Source: Candidatus Latescibacterota bacterium (GTDB lineage Bacteria; Latescibacterota; UBA2968; GCA-2709665). From it: a stretch of DNA of 64,000 nucleotides. Position numbers and translations under genes: made by a program. Location of the stretch: positions 672,001 through 736,000 of the forward strand of contig OZ242358.1 of NCBI GenBank assembly GCA_965208835.1. Reading direction: 5' to 3'. Each line of letters begins with the position of its first letter. Within the stretch, counting starts at the first letter, position 1. The notes beneath the pieces are model-generated. The model ran no database searches, had not been told where the DNA came from, and saw only the letters and a program-made list of their open reading frames with translations. Shown in pieces: positions 9,710-18,101 of this stretch.

Positions 9710-10882
9710 ATGTGGAAAGACCACGCGGTGATCCGATTGAATCCGGACGGAGAACCGGTTGAACTCCCCGCCCGCTCTCAGATCGTGACCGAGAGCTGGA
9801 ACCGTGTGGTTGCCGTGCCCCATATCGTGTATATGCCGGAAGAAGACCGCGTGCTGATGTTGGCGGGCTGCGATTATCCGGGCAGTCCCTGGGTACACTA
9901 CGCCATAGTCCTGTCCAGCGGCGACAGGGGCGCTACATGGAGCGCCCCCACGTACGTACATACCGACGCGCAGGGCAACCCCGCCTGCGGGCTCGGCCAC
10001 GCGCTGACCTATCTGGGTGAGGGCAGGGTGATGATGTATTCCTGCCATCCGCCTTCGCGATGGTTCAGCTCGGATTTTGGAGAGACGTGGGGCGACACGG
10101 TGCCCGTGGAGCCGGCGCCGGGCGGGAGGACGTGGATGGCCTGGGACCCGGTTCTGGTGGACAGAGATCCCGGGACCGGCAGGGTGACGCGTCTGATGGA
10201 AACGGGCTATTGGGGCGATTCCGTGACCATGGACTCGCAGGCCTACGTCAGATTCAGCACGGACGGGGGACGAACATGGACCGGCGCGCATCACGTACCG
10301 GAGTTCGCAGGCGTCAACGAGGTCTGCCCTGTTCGGGCGACGAACGGCGACATCGTTGCAACCTGCCGGACGGATCCTCCTGAGGCCTATAAGGGCCTTC
10401 AATTCGATCACTACGAGGGTTTCGGGATTTCCATCTCACGAGATAACGGTTATACGTGGAGTGAAGTCGACCAACTCTTCGACTGGGGGCGCCACCACGC
10501 CAGCACGGTGCTTCTGCCATGTGGCGCCATTGCAGTAACGTACGTGGTTCGTCTTGGCTACTCCGACACCGGTGAAGGATTTCCCCGGTTCGGTATCGAG
10601 GCGGTCGTGAGCCGCGACAACGGGCGCACGTGGGACCTGGACCGCCGTTACATCCTCGCCGCATGGACGGGAAACAGGAAGGGTTCGCCGTCGCCCGAAG
10701 GCAAGCTGCGCTCCGGCGGCTGGCATGCGAGCCCCCACACGACGTCCTCACTTGTGCTCCCGGACGGGTCCATACTGACGGCGTACGGGACGGGTTACCG
10801 CCAGCGCGACGATGCCTTTGGACCCGGACTTTACGGCCCGCGAGACGTGGGTCTGGTCGAATGGAAAATCGAGACGGAATAG
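9710..10882 (+). CDS. BNR/Asp-box repeat sialidase-like beta-propeller protein
   Basis: Five Asp-boxes: SGDRGATW, SSDFGETW, STDGGRTW, SRDNGYTW, SRDNGRTW. ATG at 9710 after AAAGG. No signal peptide. Confidence 0.8.
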   Translation: MWKDHAVIRLNPDGEPVELPARSQIVTESWNRVVAVPHIVYMPEEDRVLMLAGCDYPGSPWVHYAIVLSSGDRGATWSAPTYVHTDAQGNPACGLGHALTYLGEGRVMMYSCHPPSRWFSSDFGETWGDTVPVEPAPGGRTWMAWDPVLVDRDPGTGRVTRLMETGYWGDSVTMDSQAYVRFSTDGGRTWTGAHHVPEFAGVNEVCPVRATNGDIVATCRTDPPEAYKGLQFDHYEGFGISISRDNGYTWSEVDQLFDWGRHHASTVLLPCGAIAVTYVVRLGYSDTGEGFPRFGIEAVVSRDNGRTWDLDRRYILAAWTGNRKGSPSPEGKLRSGGWHASPHTTSSLVLPDGSILTAYGTGYRQRDDAFGPGLYGPRDVGLVEWKIETE

Positions 10883-10981
10883 GGACTGCGCGCGGTCGTC
10901 TCCCTGGGGGAGCGAGCCGCCACCCTGCAAGCCTTAATCGAGACCGCCGAACAGGCGTTCGTCACAGCGAAAGGGGCGGGT

Positions 10982-11752
10982 ATGATTACCGATCAACAGG
11001 TCGAATTCTTCCAGACGTTCGGCTTTCTTCCGCTGCGAGAAGCGTTCAGTGCGGATGAAATGACCGCCATCGGAGACACGTTCGACGACATGTTGGCGAA
11101 AGACCGGGAGGGTCGGCCGTTTCCAGGCGAGACGAGGCAGGCGCTCTACGGAATCGCGGAACGAAACCCGCTGCTGGCGGACCTGGCCCAGGACGACCGC
11201 ATCTATTCAACCGTGGAACGCCTGCTGGGGCCGGGATTTCACTGGCTCTGCTCCGAGGGCAATCTGTACGTGGGTGAAACGGAATGGCATCCCGATGGCA
11301 GCCGGCTGAACTTTCCGCCGATGAAGGTCTCGCTCTATCTGGATACCCTCACAAGAGCCACGGGCTGCCTGCGGGTGATCCCCGGATCTCACCGCCTGCC
11401 GTTACACGAGGCGCTGAGGCCTATTGAAAAACTGGGCGTGCCCGGCACGGACGTACCGTGCCACTTTCTGGAGTCCAATCCGGGCGACGTTCTGTTCCTG
11501 AACATGAACATCTGGCACGCGGCCTATGGCGGCGCGGTGGGACGACGCCACCTTGCGGTGAATTTCGTTCCTGAGGCCACGGAGCCTGAGCACGTCGAGT
11601 TGATGAAAACGAACCACCGCACCCTGATCAATCTCATGGAGCGGTTTCAGTACAGCCAGCCGGGCCGGGCTTTCACCGACGATTTTCTGAACAGCGAAAG
11701 GCCGCGTATCCGCCGCATGGCCTCGAAGTGGGTGGAACTCGGCCTGCAATAG
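10982..11752 (+). CDS. Phytanoyl-CoA dioxygenase (PhyH) family Fe(II)/2OG oxygenase
   Basis: MITDQQVEFFQTFGF start, WHPD (HxD), GCLRVIPGSH, distal WHAA. Confidence 0.9.
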   Translation: MITDQQVEFFQTFGFLPLREAFSADEMTAIGDTFDDMLAKDREGRPFPGETRQALYGIAERNPLLADLAQDDRIYSTVERLLGPGFHWLCSEGNLYVGETEWHPDGSRLNFPPMKVSLYLDTLTRATGCLRVIPGSHRLPLHEALRPIEKLGVPGTDVPCHFLESNPGDVLFLNMNIWHAAYGGAVGRRHLAVNFVPEATEPEHVELMKTNHRTLINLMERFQYSQPGRAFTDDFLNSERPRIRRMASKWVELGLQ

Positions 11753-11839
11753 TGTTCTTTCACGGCAGCTGATCGCCGGATGGTGACACGTTTCCGGGAC
11801 TGGACACGGAAGATCGTGTCGAATTTGGGAGGCATCGGA

Positions 11840-12811
11840 ATGCGCAAACGGATCCGCATTTCCGAAAGGGACGGGTTCAATAGAAGGAATTTCCCGTGCG
11901 CGGTAGCGGTGGACTTCAAGCCCGGCGAGTTCGCCGATGAATGCCAAGCACGCATAGTAGACGCTGGCGGGGAACCACGACCCATGCAGGTGGACGCGCT
12001 GGAGACCTGGGAAGACGGCAGCGTGAAAGCCGCGGAGGTCTCGTTTCCTGCGCGCCTTCCCCCCGGAGGGGAGGAGGTCCTCGCGTTCGAATACGGAGAG
12101 GGGACGCCACCTCCTCCGAGGCAGCAGAACCCCATCAAGGTTCGCGATCGCAAAGACCCGATCGAGGTGCAGCAGGGGCCGGTGATTTACCAGGTCCGGA
12201 AGTGGCGTTTCAACTTCGTGGAGAACGTGATTTTCGACGGCAGGGCGTTTCACGGACCGGGAGCGCCCGGGCCGGCGCTCCTGCGCAAGGACGGCAGGAT
12301 CCTGTTTCCGTCGGGGGAGGTCCGGATCGATGTTGAAACACGGGGTCCCCGGTCGGCCCGCCTGCGAGTGGACGGGAACTACGGCGGTGGATACGAGTTT
12401 GTCGCGTATCTGACCTTTTATTCCGGGGTTTCCTGGTTCCGTGCGGAACACGAGGTCGTGTCGGGCGATGTGTCGCAGATTGCGACAGTAGTCGTCGAAA
12501 ACACCTTCAGCCTGCCGGATGGGCCCCTGGTTTCGGCGTTCGGAGCACGTCAACGGGCCGACGGCGAGGGCACGAGTTGGGCCGTGGTTACGGACAATGC
12601 GGCGACCGTGGACGTCGCGGCCGTCGGCGCGTGGTCGGGGACAGGCTCGGTGCGCTACGAAGTCGAAGCCAACGGGCGCTTCCGTACGGTTTTTCCATCT
12701 CCCGGCGAGCCCGGCGTCTTCTACGTACACTACCTGACGACCCCGCCGATGGACCACCACCATACGCCGGCGGCGGCGATGGCGACGGACCTGGAGTGCC
12801 GGGTATTGTAG
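11840..12811 (+). CDS. Hypothetical protein resembling the N-terminal beta domains of PcRGLX/YetA (PL26-like) lyases
   Basis: ATG at 11840 after GGAGG. Pattern R.NFP....F.PGE...I.D.GG...PMQ...LETW.DGSVK. Beta-rich, with no helical catalytic barrel. Confidence 0.55.
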   Translation: MRKRIRISERDGFNRRNFPCAVAVDFKPGEFADECQARIVDAGGEPRPMQVDALETWEDGSVKAAEVSFPARLPPGGEEVLAFEYGEGTPPPPRQQNPIKVRDRKDPIEVQQGPVIYQVRKWRFNFVENVIFDGRAFHGPGAPGPALLRKDGRILFPSGEVRIDVETRGPRSARLRVDGNYGGGYEFVAYLTFYSGVSWFRAEHEVVSGDVSQIATVVVENTFSLPDGPLVSAFGARQRADGEGTSWAVVTDNAATVDVAAVGAWSGTGSVRYEVEANGRFRTVFPSPGEPGVFYVHYLTTPPMDHHHTPAAAMATDLECRVL

Positions 12812-12831
12812 AGTCAGAGGCAGGCGAGACC

Positions 12832-13884
12832 GTGAACAAGACGACGTACCGCGTGGGGATCATCGGCTGCGGGCGCATGGCCAGTACGATGGACGACGAG
12901 AAGCGCCGGCAGCCGGGCCGAGTACCCCAGCCCGGTGTCCTGGCGGGCGCCTACGGGCAGGTGGAAAGAACCCGGGTCGTGGCCGCGGCGGATATCCACG
13001 AGGAGAAACTGGCGGATTTTTCCGCCCGCTGGGGCGTACGTAGCCTCTATACCGACTATCGCGAAATGCTGGCGGCGGAAGCGCTGGACATCGTCAGCGT
13101 GGCGACGCATGCGCATCTGCACGCAGAGATGACGGTGGCGGCCGCCGAAGCGGGCGTGAAAGCAGTCCTGTCCGAGAAGGCGATGGCAACCAGCCTGCCG
13201 GAAGCGGACCGCATGATCGAAGCCTGCCGCGAGGCGGGAACCACGCTGGCGATCCTCTATCACAACAGGTGGGATCCGCTGATGGTCCGCGTGAAAGAAC
13301 TGATCGCCGAGGGCACGATCGGGGAGCTGATCAGCATCGCGGGCAATATGGGCCCCGAACTGGTGCACGAGGCGACCCACATGTTCGACCTGATGCGGTT
13401 CTGGTCGGGCGGCGAGGCGGAGTGGGTGTTCGGCCAACTTGACGGCGCGCGGGAGCCCCACGAAGACCCGGGAGGCAGCGGATACATTCAGTTCCATAAC
13501 GGAATGCACGCCTTCGTAAACGCCGTTGAAGGTTGTCCTGTGGGATTCGAATTCGACCTGGTGGGCACGAATGGGAGGATCCGGATCGGTTACCACGTCG
13601 ACGAACTCTGGACCTTGTCGGAAGACGTCTATGAGGGACGTGCCCTGATCGGGCGGAAGATACCCCAGAATATTGAAGCCAGGAGCGGGGTCGTAAAGGC
13701 GATCGAGGAACTGGTAACGTGTATCGATGAGGGAAAGACGCCTTCCTGCACTGGCGAGGACGGTCGCAGGGCGCTGGAGATCGCGCTGGCATTCCACATA
13801 TCCCACCGCGAGGGTGGGTCGAAAGTCACATTGCCGCTGCAGGATACCTCTTTGACGGTTACGAACCCGAAGTATTATAGTTGA
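12832..13884 (+). CDS. Gfo/Idh/MocA family oxidoreductase
   Basis: GTG start. Motifs YRVGIIGCGRM, LYTDYREML..E.LDIVSVAT, EKAMA and THMFDL. Confidence 0.9.
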   Translation: MNKTTYRVGIIGCGRMASTMDDEKRRQPGRVPQPGVLAGAYGQVERTRVVAAADIHEEKLADFSARWGVRSLYTDYREMLAAEALDIVSVATHAHLHAEMTVAAAEAGVKAVLSEKAMATSLPEADRMIEACREAGTTLAILYHNRWDPLMVRVKELIAEGTIGELISIAGNMGPELVHEATHMFDLMRFWSGGEAEWVFGQLDGAREPHEDPGGSGYIQFHNGMHAFVNAVEGCPVGFEFDLVGTNGRIRIGYHVDELWTLSEDVYEGRALIGRKIPQNIEARSGVVKAIEELVTCIDEGKTPSCTGEDGRRALEIALAFHISHREGGSKVTLPLQDTSLTVTNPKYYS

Positions 13885-13890
13885 GAACAA

Positions 13891-14009
13891 GCAGCTGTCA
13901 GCCGTCAGCCATCAGCCTGAATCGAGACCTCTCTCCCCGGCCCCTCTCCTGAAGGAAAGGGGGAGGAAACCAGCCACCAGCCGTCAGCGATCAGCATTTC
14001 AGCCTGAAT
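13891..14009 (+). repeat. Heptamer tandem repeats (AGCCGTC/AGCCATC variants) around a C-rich/G-rich palindrome
   Basis: CAGCTGTCAGCCGTCAGCCATCAGCCTGAAT ... CTCTCCCCGGCCCCTCTCCTGAAGGAAAGGGGGAGG ... CAGCCACCAGCCGTCAGCGATCAGCATTTCAGCCTGAAT. Confidence 0.7.
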
Positions 14010-14069
14010 AAAAGAACCCCGAACAGTTCACGTCTGTGACGACTGCTCGTTCAAATTTATGTCATCTGC

Positions 14070-14106
14070 TTGACATCGGGTCGTAGTATACATACATTGT
14101 ATGTAT
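14070..14106 (+). promoter_or_regulatory. Sigma70 promoter of brnTA with overlapping palindromic operator
   Basis: TTGACA (14070-75), N17, TACATT (14093-98). Perfect inverted repeat ATACATACA-T-TGTATGTAT at 14088-14106. Confidence 0.75.
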
Positions 14107-14398
14107 GGAGAGAATCCGGTTTGGATGGGACGTTCGAAAGGAACGAGCGAACTACAGGAAACATCGGGTCTCGTTCGAAGAGGCGAGGACGGCCTTTTAC
14201 GATGAAAACGCGGTTCAATTCTTCGATCCCGACCATTCAGAAGATGAAGACCGGTTCCTGCTGCTGGGTATGAGCTTTAAACTGCGTGTGCTTGTTGTCT
14301 GCCATTGTTTTCGAGAGAGTGAAACGATCGTACGCATCATCTCCGCTCGAAAGGCCAATAAGACCGAAGAACTTGACTACTGGAGGAGACGCTCATGA
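14105..14398 (+). CDS. brnT: BrnT family ribonuclease toxin
   Basis: FGWD..K...N..KH.VSFEEA...F.D...DPDHSEDEDRF...G......RIISARKA pattern. Confidence 0.92.
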   Translation: MERIRFGWDVRKERANYRKHRVSFEEARTAFYDENAVQFFDPDHSEDEDRFLLLGMSFKLRVLVVCHCFRESETIVRIISARKANKTEELDYWRRRS

Positions 14399-14613
14399 GA
14401 GACCACTACGATTTTTCAGAGATGAAGGGGCGCAAGAATCCCTACATCAAGCACCTGAAGCAGCCAGTTACCATGCGGCTCGATCGGGACACGGTCACCT
14501 ATTTCAAGGATATGGCGGCGGAAGCGGGCATTCCGTACCAGACCTTGATCAATCTCTACCTTCGCGATTGCGCGGTCCATAAACGAAAGCTGCAGATGGA
14601 GTGGGCTACGTAG
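14395..14613 (+). CDS. brnA: BrnA family antitoxin (RHH)
   Basis: ATGA overlap with brnT. MRDHYDFS...KNPY...K.PVTMRLD.....YFK.......IPYQTLINLYLRDC. Confidence 0.9.
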   Translation: MRDHYDFSEMKGRKNPYIKHLKQPVTMRLDRDTVTYFKDMAAEAGIPYQTLINLYLRDCAVHKRKLQMEWAT

Positions 14614-14653
14614 CGGCACGTGTTTGAAAAGAAGCTATCAGCCATCAACAAAA

Positions 14654-14783
14654 GCGGGTAGACGCAAGCCGGTAGACGGGAGAAGAGATCTTTGCCGGTC
14701 CTTTCCTCCTTTACGCCTCCGGCATAAACTGAAACCCAACGAGGCGAGTCATCTCTAACCTCTTACGTCTTACGTCTCACCGC
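14654..14783 (+). mobile_element. ~130-bp MITE-like/structured repeat, copy A
   Basis: Ends GCGGGTAGA...TCTCACCGC, inverted heptamer arrays (AGACGGT/TACGTCT type), and a core that aligns with copies B and C. Confidence 0.55.
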
Positions 14784-14901
14784 CTTTAGACGACCCCTCC
14801 CCCAAGCCCTCTCTTCGGTGGGGAAAGGGGAAGCAAAGCCAGTGGATTCCCGAATTCGCATCGTGGTCGTGTCTGAAAGGATGCACGAGAGGAGTAACAG
14901 C

Positions 14902-17307
14902 ATGATTGGGATATTCGTCATTGTTGGCGTGGTTCTGCTGCTTATGGCGGCATCGCAGACCCTGGCAGCCGAAAACCCGTCGATCGACGAGACGCCGGGC
15001 AAACCCGGCGAGTGGGGCTTTCGCCCCGCCGACGGCAGCGTCTCTCAGGTGACGCCTCCGGGGTTTTCATGGCGGCCGCAGAAAGACGCCGCGAGCTACG
15101 AACTTCAGTGCGCTGCAGACAGTGCCTTCGCGGATGTGGATTACGAGGCGACAAGCATCACTTTCAACGTCCACTGTCCGCCTCGTACGTTCTCGCCCGG
15201 CCGCTGGTATTGGCGATTCCGTTATAACGATCAGTCGGGTGCTGCTTCCGACTGGAGCGTCGTGCGCATGTTTACCGTTGCAGCAGATGCAAACCCGTTG
15301 CCGCTGCCCTCTCGCGATGACCTGCTCGCGCGCATTCCAACCGGCCATCCGCGCCTATTCGTGCGGCCGGAGCAGATTCCGGAATATCGGCGACGTGCGA
15401 AGTCCGACCTCTCGGTCCATTATGGAAAACTCGTGGCCGCGTCCGAGAAGCTGCTCGAGAATCCGCCGCCCACTGAAGAGCCGCCCCTCTATCCGGAAGG
15501 GACGGTCCGGCTCAGCGAGGAGTGGCGGGCGATCTGGTGGCCGAACCGGGAGTATACGATCGCGGCCCTGAACGGCGCGGCCACCCTGGCATTTACCCGG
15601 CTGCTCGGCGGTCGCGAGGAGTACGGGCAACTCGCCAGGAAGATTCTGATGGCCTGCGCCGAATGGGACCCGAAAGGGGCGACGGGCTTCAGGTATAACG
15701 ACGAAGCCGGGATGCCCTACGCGTATTATTTCTCCCGTACCTACAGCTATCTCCACAATATGCTGACGGAGGACGAGCGCGAAACCTGTCGCCGCGTGAT
15801 GAGAATCCGGGGGAAAGAAATGAACGCGCATCTGAATCCTCGCTTCCTCTGGCGTCCGTACGGGAGCCACGATACCCGGTCGTGGCATTTTCTGGGTGAG
15901 GTGGGCATCGCGTTTCTGGATGAGATCCCAGAGGCCGCGGACTGGGTGTGGTTCGCGGCGAACGTGTTCGCCAACACGTACCCCGTGTGGAGCGATGACG
16001 ACGGTGGCTGGCACCAGGGCATGGGCTACTGGCGAAGCTACATCCAGCGGTTCACCTGGTGGGCGGACATTATGCGCGAGGCAATGGGTATCGACGCCTT
16101 CGACAAGCCCTATTTCTCGCAGGTCGGCTACTATCCGATGTATCTGCAGCCACCTGGTACGCGAGGCGGAGGCTTCGGCGACCTGACGGCTCACCTCGAG
16201 TCCGGCCAGAACCGCGGCGTGATGGCGCTGTTTGCCGCCCAGGCCCGAAATCCGTACTGGCAGTGGTACGTGGACGCGCACGGCGGATCGCCCTCCGAGC
16301 CGGGTTATATCGGCTTCGTCCGGGGCGCGCTTCCGGAGGTTAAAGCGAAGCGGCCGGTCGACCTGCCCACGTCCCGCTGTTTTCGGGGGACGGGCCAGGC
16401 CGTACTCAATGCGAATCTGGAGGACGCGCGGAACAACTTGGAGGTGATCTTCAAGAGCAGTCCTCTCGGGTCCCACAGCCACGGGTACGAAGCCCAGAAT
16501 TCCTTTTTGCTCTACGCATTCGGAGAGCGGCTGCTGATCCGAACCGGACGGCGCGACATCCACGGCAGCGAGCACCACAGACAGTGGATGCACCACACGA
16601 AATCGGTAAATTGCGTCACCGTCAATGGGGAAGGGCAGCTGCCGAACGCCAGCGATGCCCAGGGGGAAATCCTTGATTTCCACACTTCAGAGCATCTCGA
16701 CTACGTTTCCGGAGAGGCGTCGCGCGCGTACGCGGGCAGACTGGAACGGTTTACCCGCCGCATCCTGTTCCTGAAACCGGAAGCGGTCCTCATCTTCGAT
16801 ACCCTGCGCGCGCCCGAATCCGCCCAATTCGAATGGCGGTTGCACGCGCCCGTGGAGATGGACGTCCGGAACCAGCGGGACATCCGGGTTGTCAACGAAG
16901 CAGCGGCCTGCCGGGTGTCGTTCCTGTGGCCCGGCGGCCTGTCGCTGAGCCAGACCGACCGGTTCGAGCCGCCGCCCCGGCCTCGCATAAAGCTGATAGA
17001 GTATCACCTGACGGCGATTCCGTCCTCGCCTGCCCGGGACCAGACGTTCGTGACGCTTCTCAGGCCGCATCGGGTGGGGAAGTCGCCGGCCGGAGAAGCG
17101 CAGTTCGAGGAGATTGACGGCGGGTACGCGTTCACCGTACCCCTTGCTAGAGGCCGCGCCGTCGTGCTCCTGCAGCCTTCCGGCGGAAGCGTCCTGACGG
17201 GCGCGGGCATCCGGACCGACGGCGAGGTCGGCGCCGTTGCATTCGACGAGCGGGGAGAAGTGATGCAGACGCTTGTTGCCGGGGGTACTCTCATCGAAGC
17301 CCGATGA
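14902..17307 (+). CDS. Secreted DUF4962 + heparinase II/III-like polysaccharide lyase (PL15-like)
   Basis: ATG at 14902 after GAGGAG. Signal peptide MIGIFVIVGVVLLLMAASQTLA. Motifs PPGFSW, HPRLF, WHQGMGYW, SHGYEAQNSF, W..HTKS.N.V.VNG.GQ. Confidence 0.8.
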   Translation: MIGIFVIVGVVLLLMAASQTLAAENPSIDETPGKPGEWGFRPADGSVSQVTPPGFSWRPQKDAASYELQCAADSAFADVDYEATSITFNVHCPPRTFSPGRWYWRFRYNDQSGAASDWSVVRMFTVAADANPLPLPSRDDLLARIPTGHPRLFVRPEQIPEYRRRAKSDLSVHYGKLVAASEKLLENPPPTEEPPLYPEGTVRLSEEWRAIWWPNREYTIAALNGAATLAFTRLLGGREEYGQLARKILMACAEWDPKGATGFRYNDEAGMPYAYYFSRTYSYLHNMLTEDERETCRRVMRIRGKEMNAHLNPRFLWRPYGSHDTRSWHFLGEVGIAFLDEIPEAADWVWFAANVFANTYPVWSDDDGGWHQGMGYWRSYIQRFTWWADIMREAMGIDAFDKPYFSQVGYYPMYLQPPGTRGGGFGDLTAHLESGQNRGVMALFAAQARNPYWQWYVDAHGGSPSEPGYIGFVRGALPEVKAKRPVDLPTSRCFRGTGQAVLNANLEDARNNLEVIFKSSPLGSHSHGYEAQNSFLLYAFGERLLIRTGRRDIHGSEHHRQWMHHTKSVNCVTVNGEGQLPNASDAQGEILDFHTSEHLDYVSGEASRAYAGRLERFTRRILFLKPEAVLIFDTLRAPESAQFEWRLHAPVEMDVRNQRDIRVVNEAAACRVSFLWPGGLSLSQTDRFEPPPRPRIKLIEYHLTAIPSSPARDQTFVTLLRPHRVGKSPAGEAQFEEIDGGYAFTVPLARGRAVVLLQPSGGSVLTGAGIRTDGEVGAVAFDERGEVMQTLVAGGTLIEAR

Positions 17308-17375
17308 TCACAATCGTCGTAAATGGAAGGTGCCAATGCATTTCGAATCTTGACCATTCTCAATGAGTGACACCG

Positions 17376-17624
17376 ATGCCGCTGAACCTGTATCCGGACA
17401 TCTATGGGTCCGGATCTGTACCACAGGATTGGGTACCCAACCGGGGAGGTACCTTAAAATATCCGGTACGCAACCGTGCAGTGTTACGTGAATTACGGCG
17501 ATTGCGCCGCAGCAGATGGAGAAAGGTCATCAGGCAGGGTAATCGCGGGGAAGCTCATTACTTTGAACACGAATCCGGAAACGTCGCGGGAGTCAAATTC
17601 TATTCGAGGACGACATCGCCATGA
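17376..17624 (+). CDS. Small basic hypothetical protein, toxin-like
   Basis: Arg-rich 82-85 aa ORF (start 17367 or 17376) with WRKV....G..GEAHYFEHESG.V..VKF. Its stop overlaps the next ATG (ATGA). Confidence 0.55.
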   Translation: MPLNLYPDIYGSGSVPQDWVPNRGGTLKYPVRNRAVLRELRRLRRSRWRKVIRQGNRGEAHYFEHESGNVAGVKFYSRTTSP

Positions 17625-17998
17625 AAAAGAACTATCCGTTTCGAATTGACCTTTCGGATACGTGTCGTGACATCGGCGTGATTCAACGGTTGGAACACTT
17701 CGCACTGCTGAATTTGGGCATGGTGCAGTCATTAGGCGCCGGGATTCTGGGTGGAACAGAGGCGATTCAACGCTTCTACCATGCGGACAACTGTCTCTAC
17801 GTGCGCAAGCATCTGAAAAACAGACACGCCAACGCGATCATGGGCCACGGGATACAATTACCCGATCTATTCGACAGCTTACCGGCGGAGGAAGCGCAAC
17901 GCGAGTTCCTACACGAACTTGAGACCATGCGATCTCTGTGTTTAAAGCTTCTGGAGAACGTCAGATCGCCAGACTTTGCCGGTCCCGCGCAAGCATAG
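17621..17998 (+). CDS. Helical hypothetical protein, putative immunity protein/antitoxin
   Basis: 125 aa, translationally coupled to the upstream small ORF. Visibly lower GC than the flanks. Confidence 0.6.
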   Translation: MKKNYPFRIDLSDTCRDIGVIQRLEHFALLNLGMVQSLGAGILGGTEAIQRFYHADNCLYVRKHLKNRHANAIMGHGIQLPDLFDSLPAEEAQREFLHELETMRSLCLKLLENVRSPDFAGPAQA

Positions 17999-18101
17999 GA
18001 AATTCACCGGATGTCCGTCTGACGAAGAATCAGATACGTTCACAATTTTGTTCGGACCTCCACAAGACAGGACGCACGGGGACATTTTAGAGGTGAAGAC
18101 A

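Noticed and set aside
10892-10920. Hairpin after the sialidase-like gene as an intrinsic terminator
   Set aside because: Imperfect stem and no U-tract. At most an mRNA-stabilising loop.
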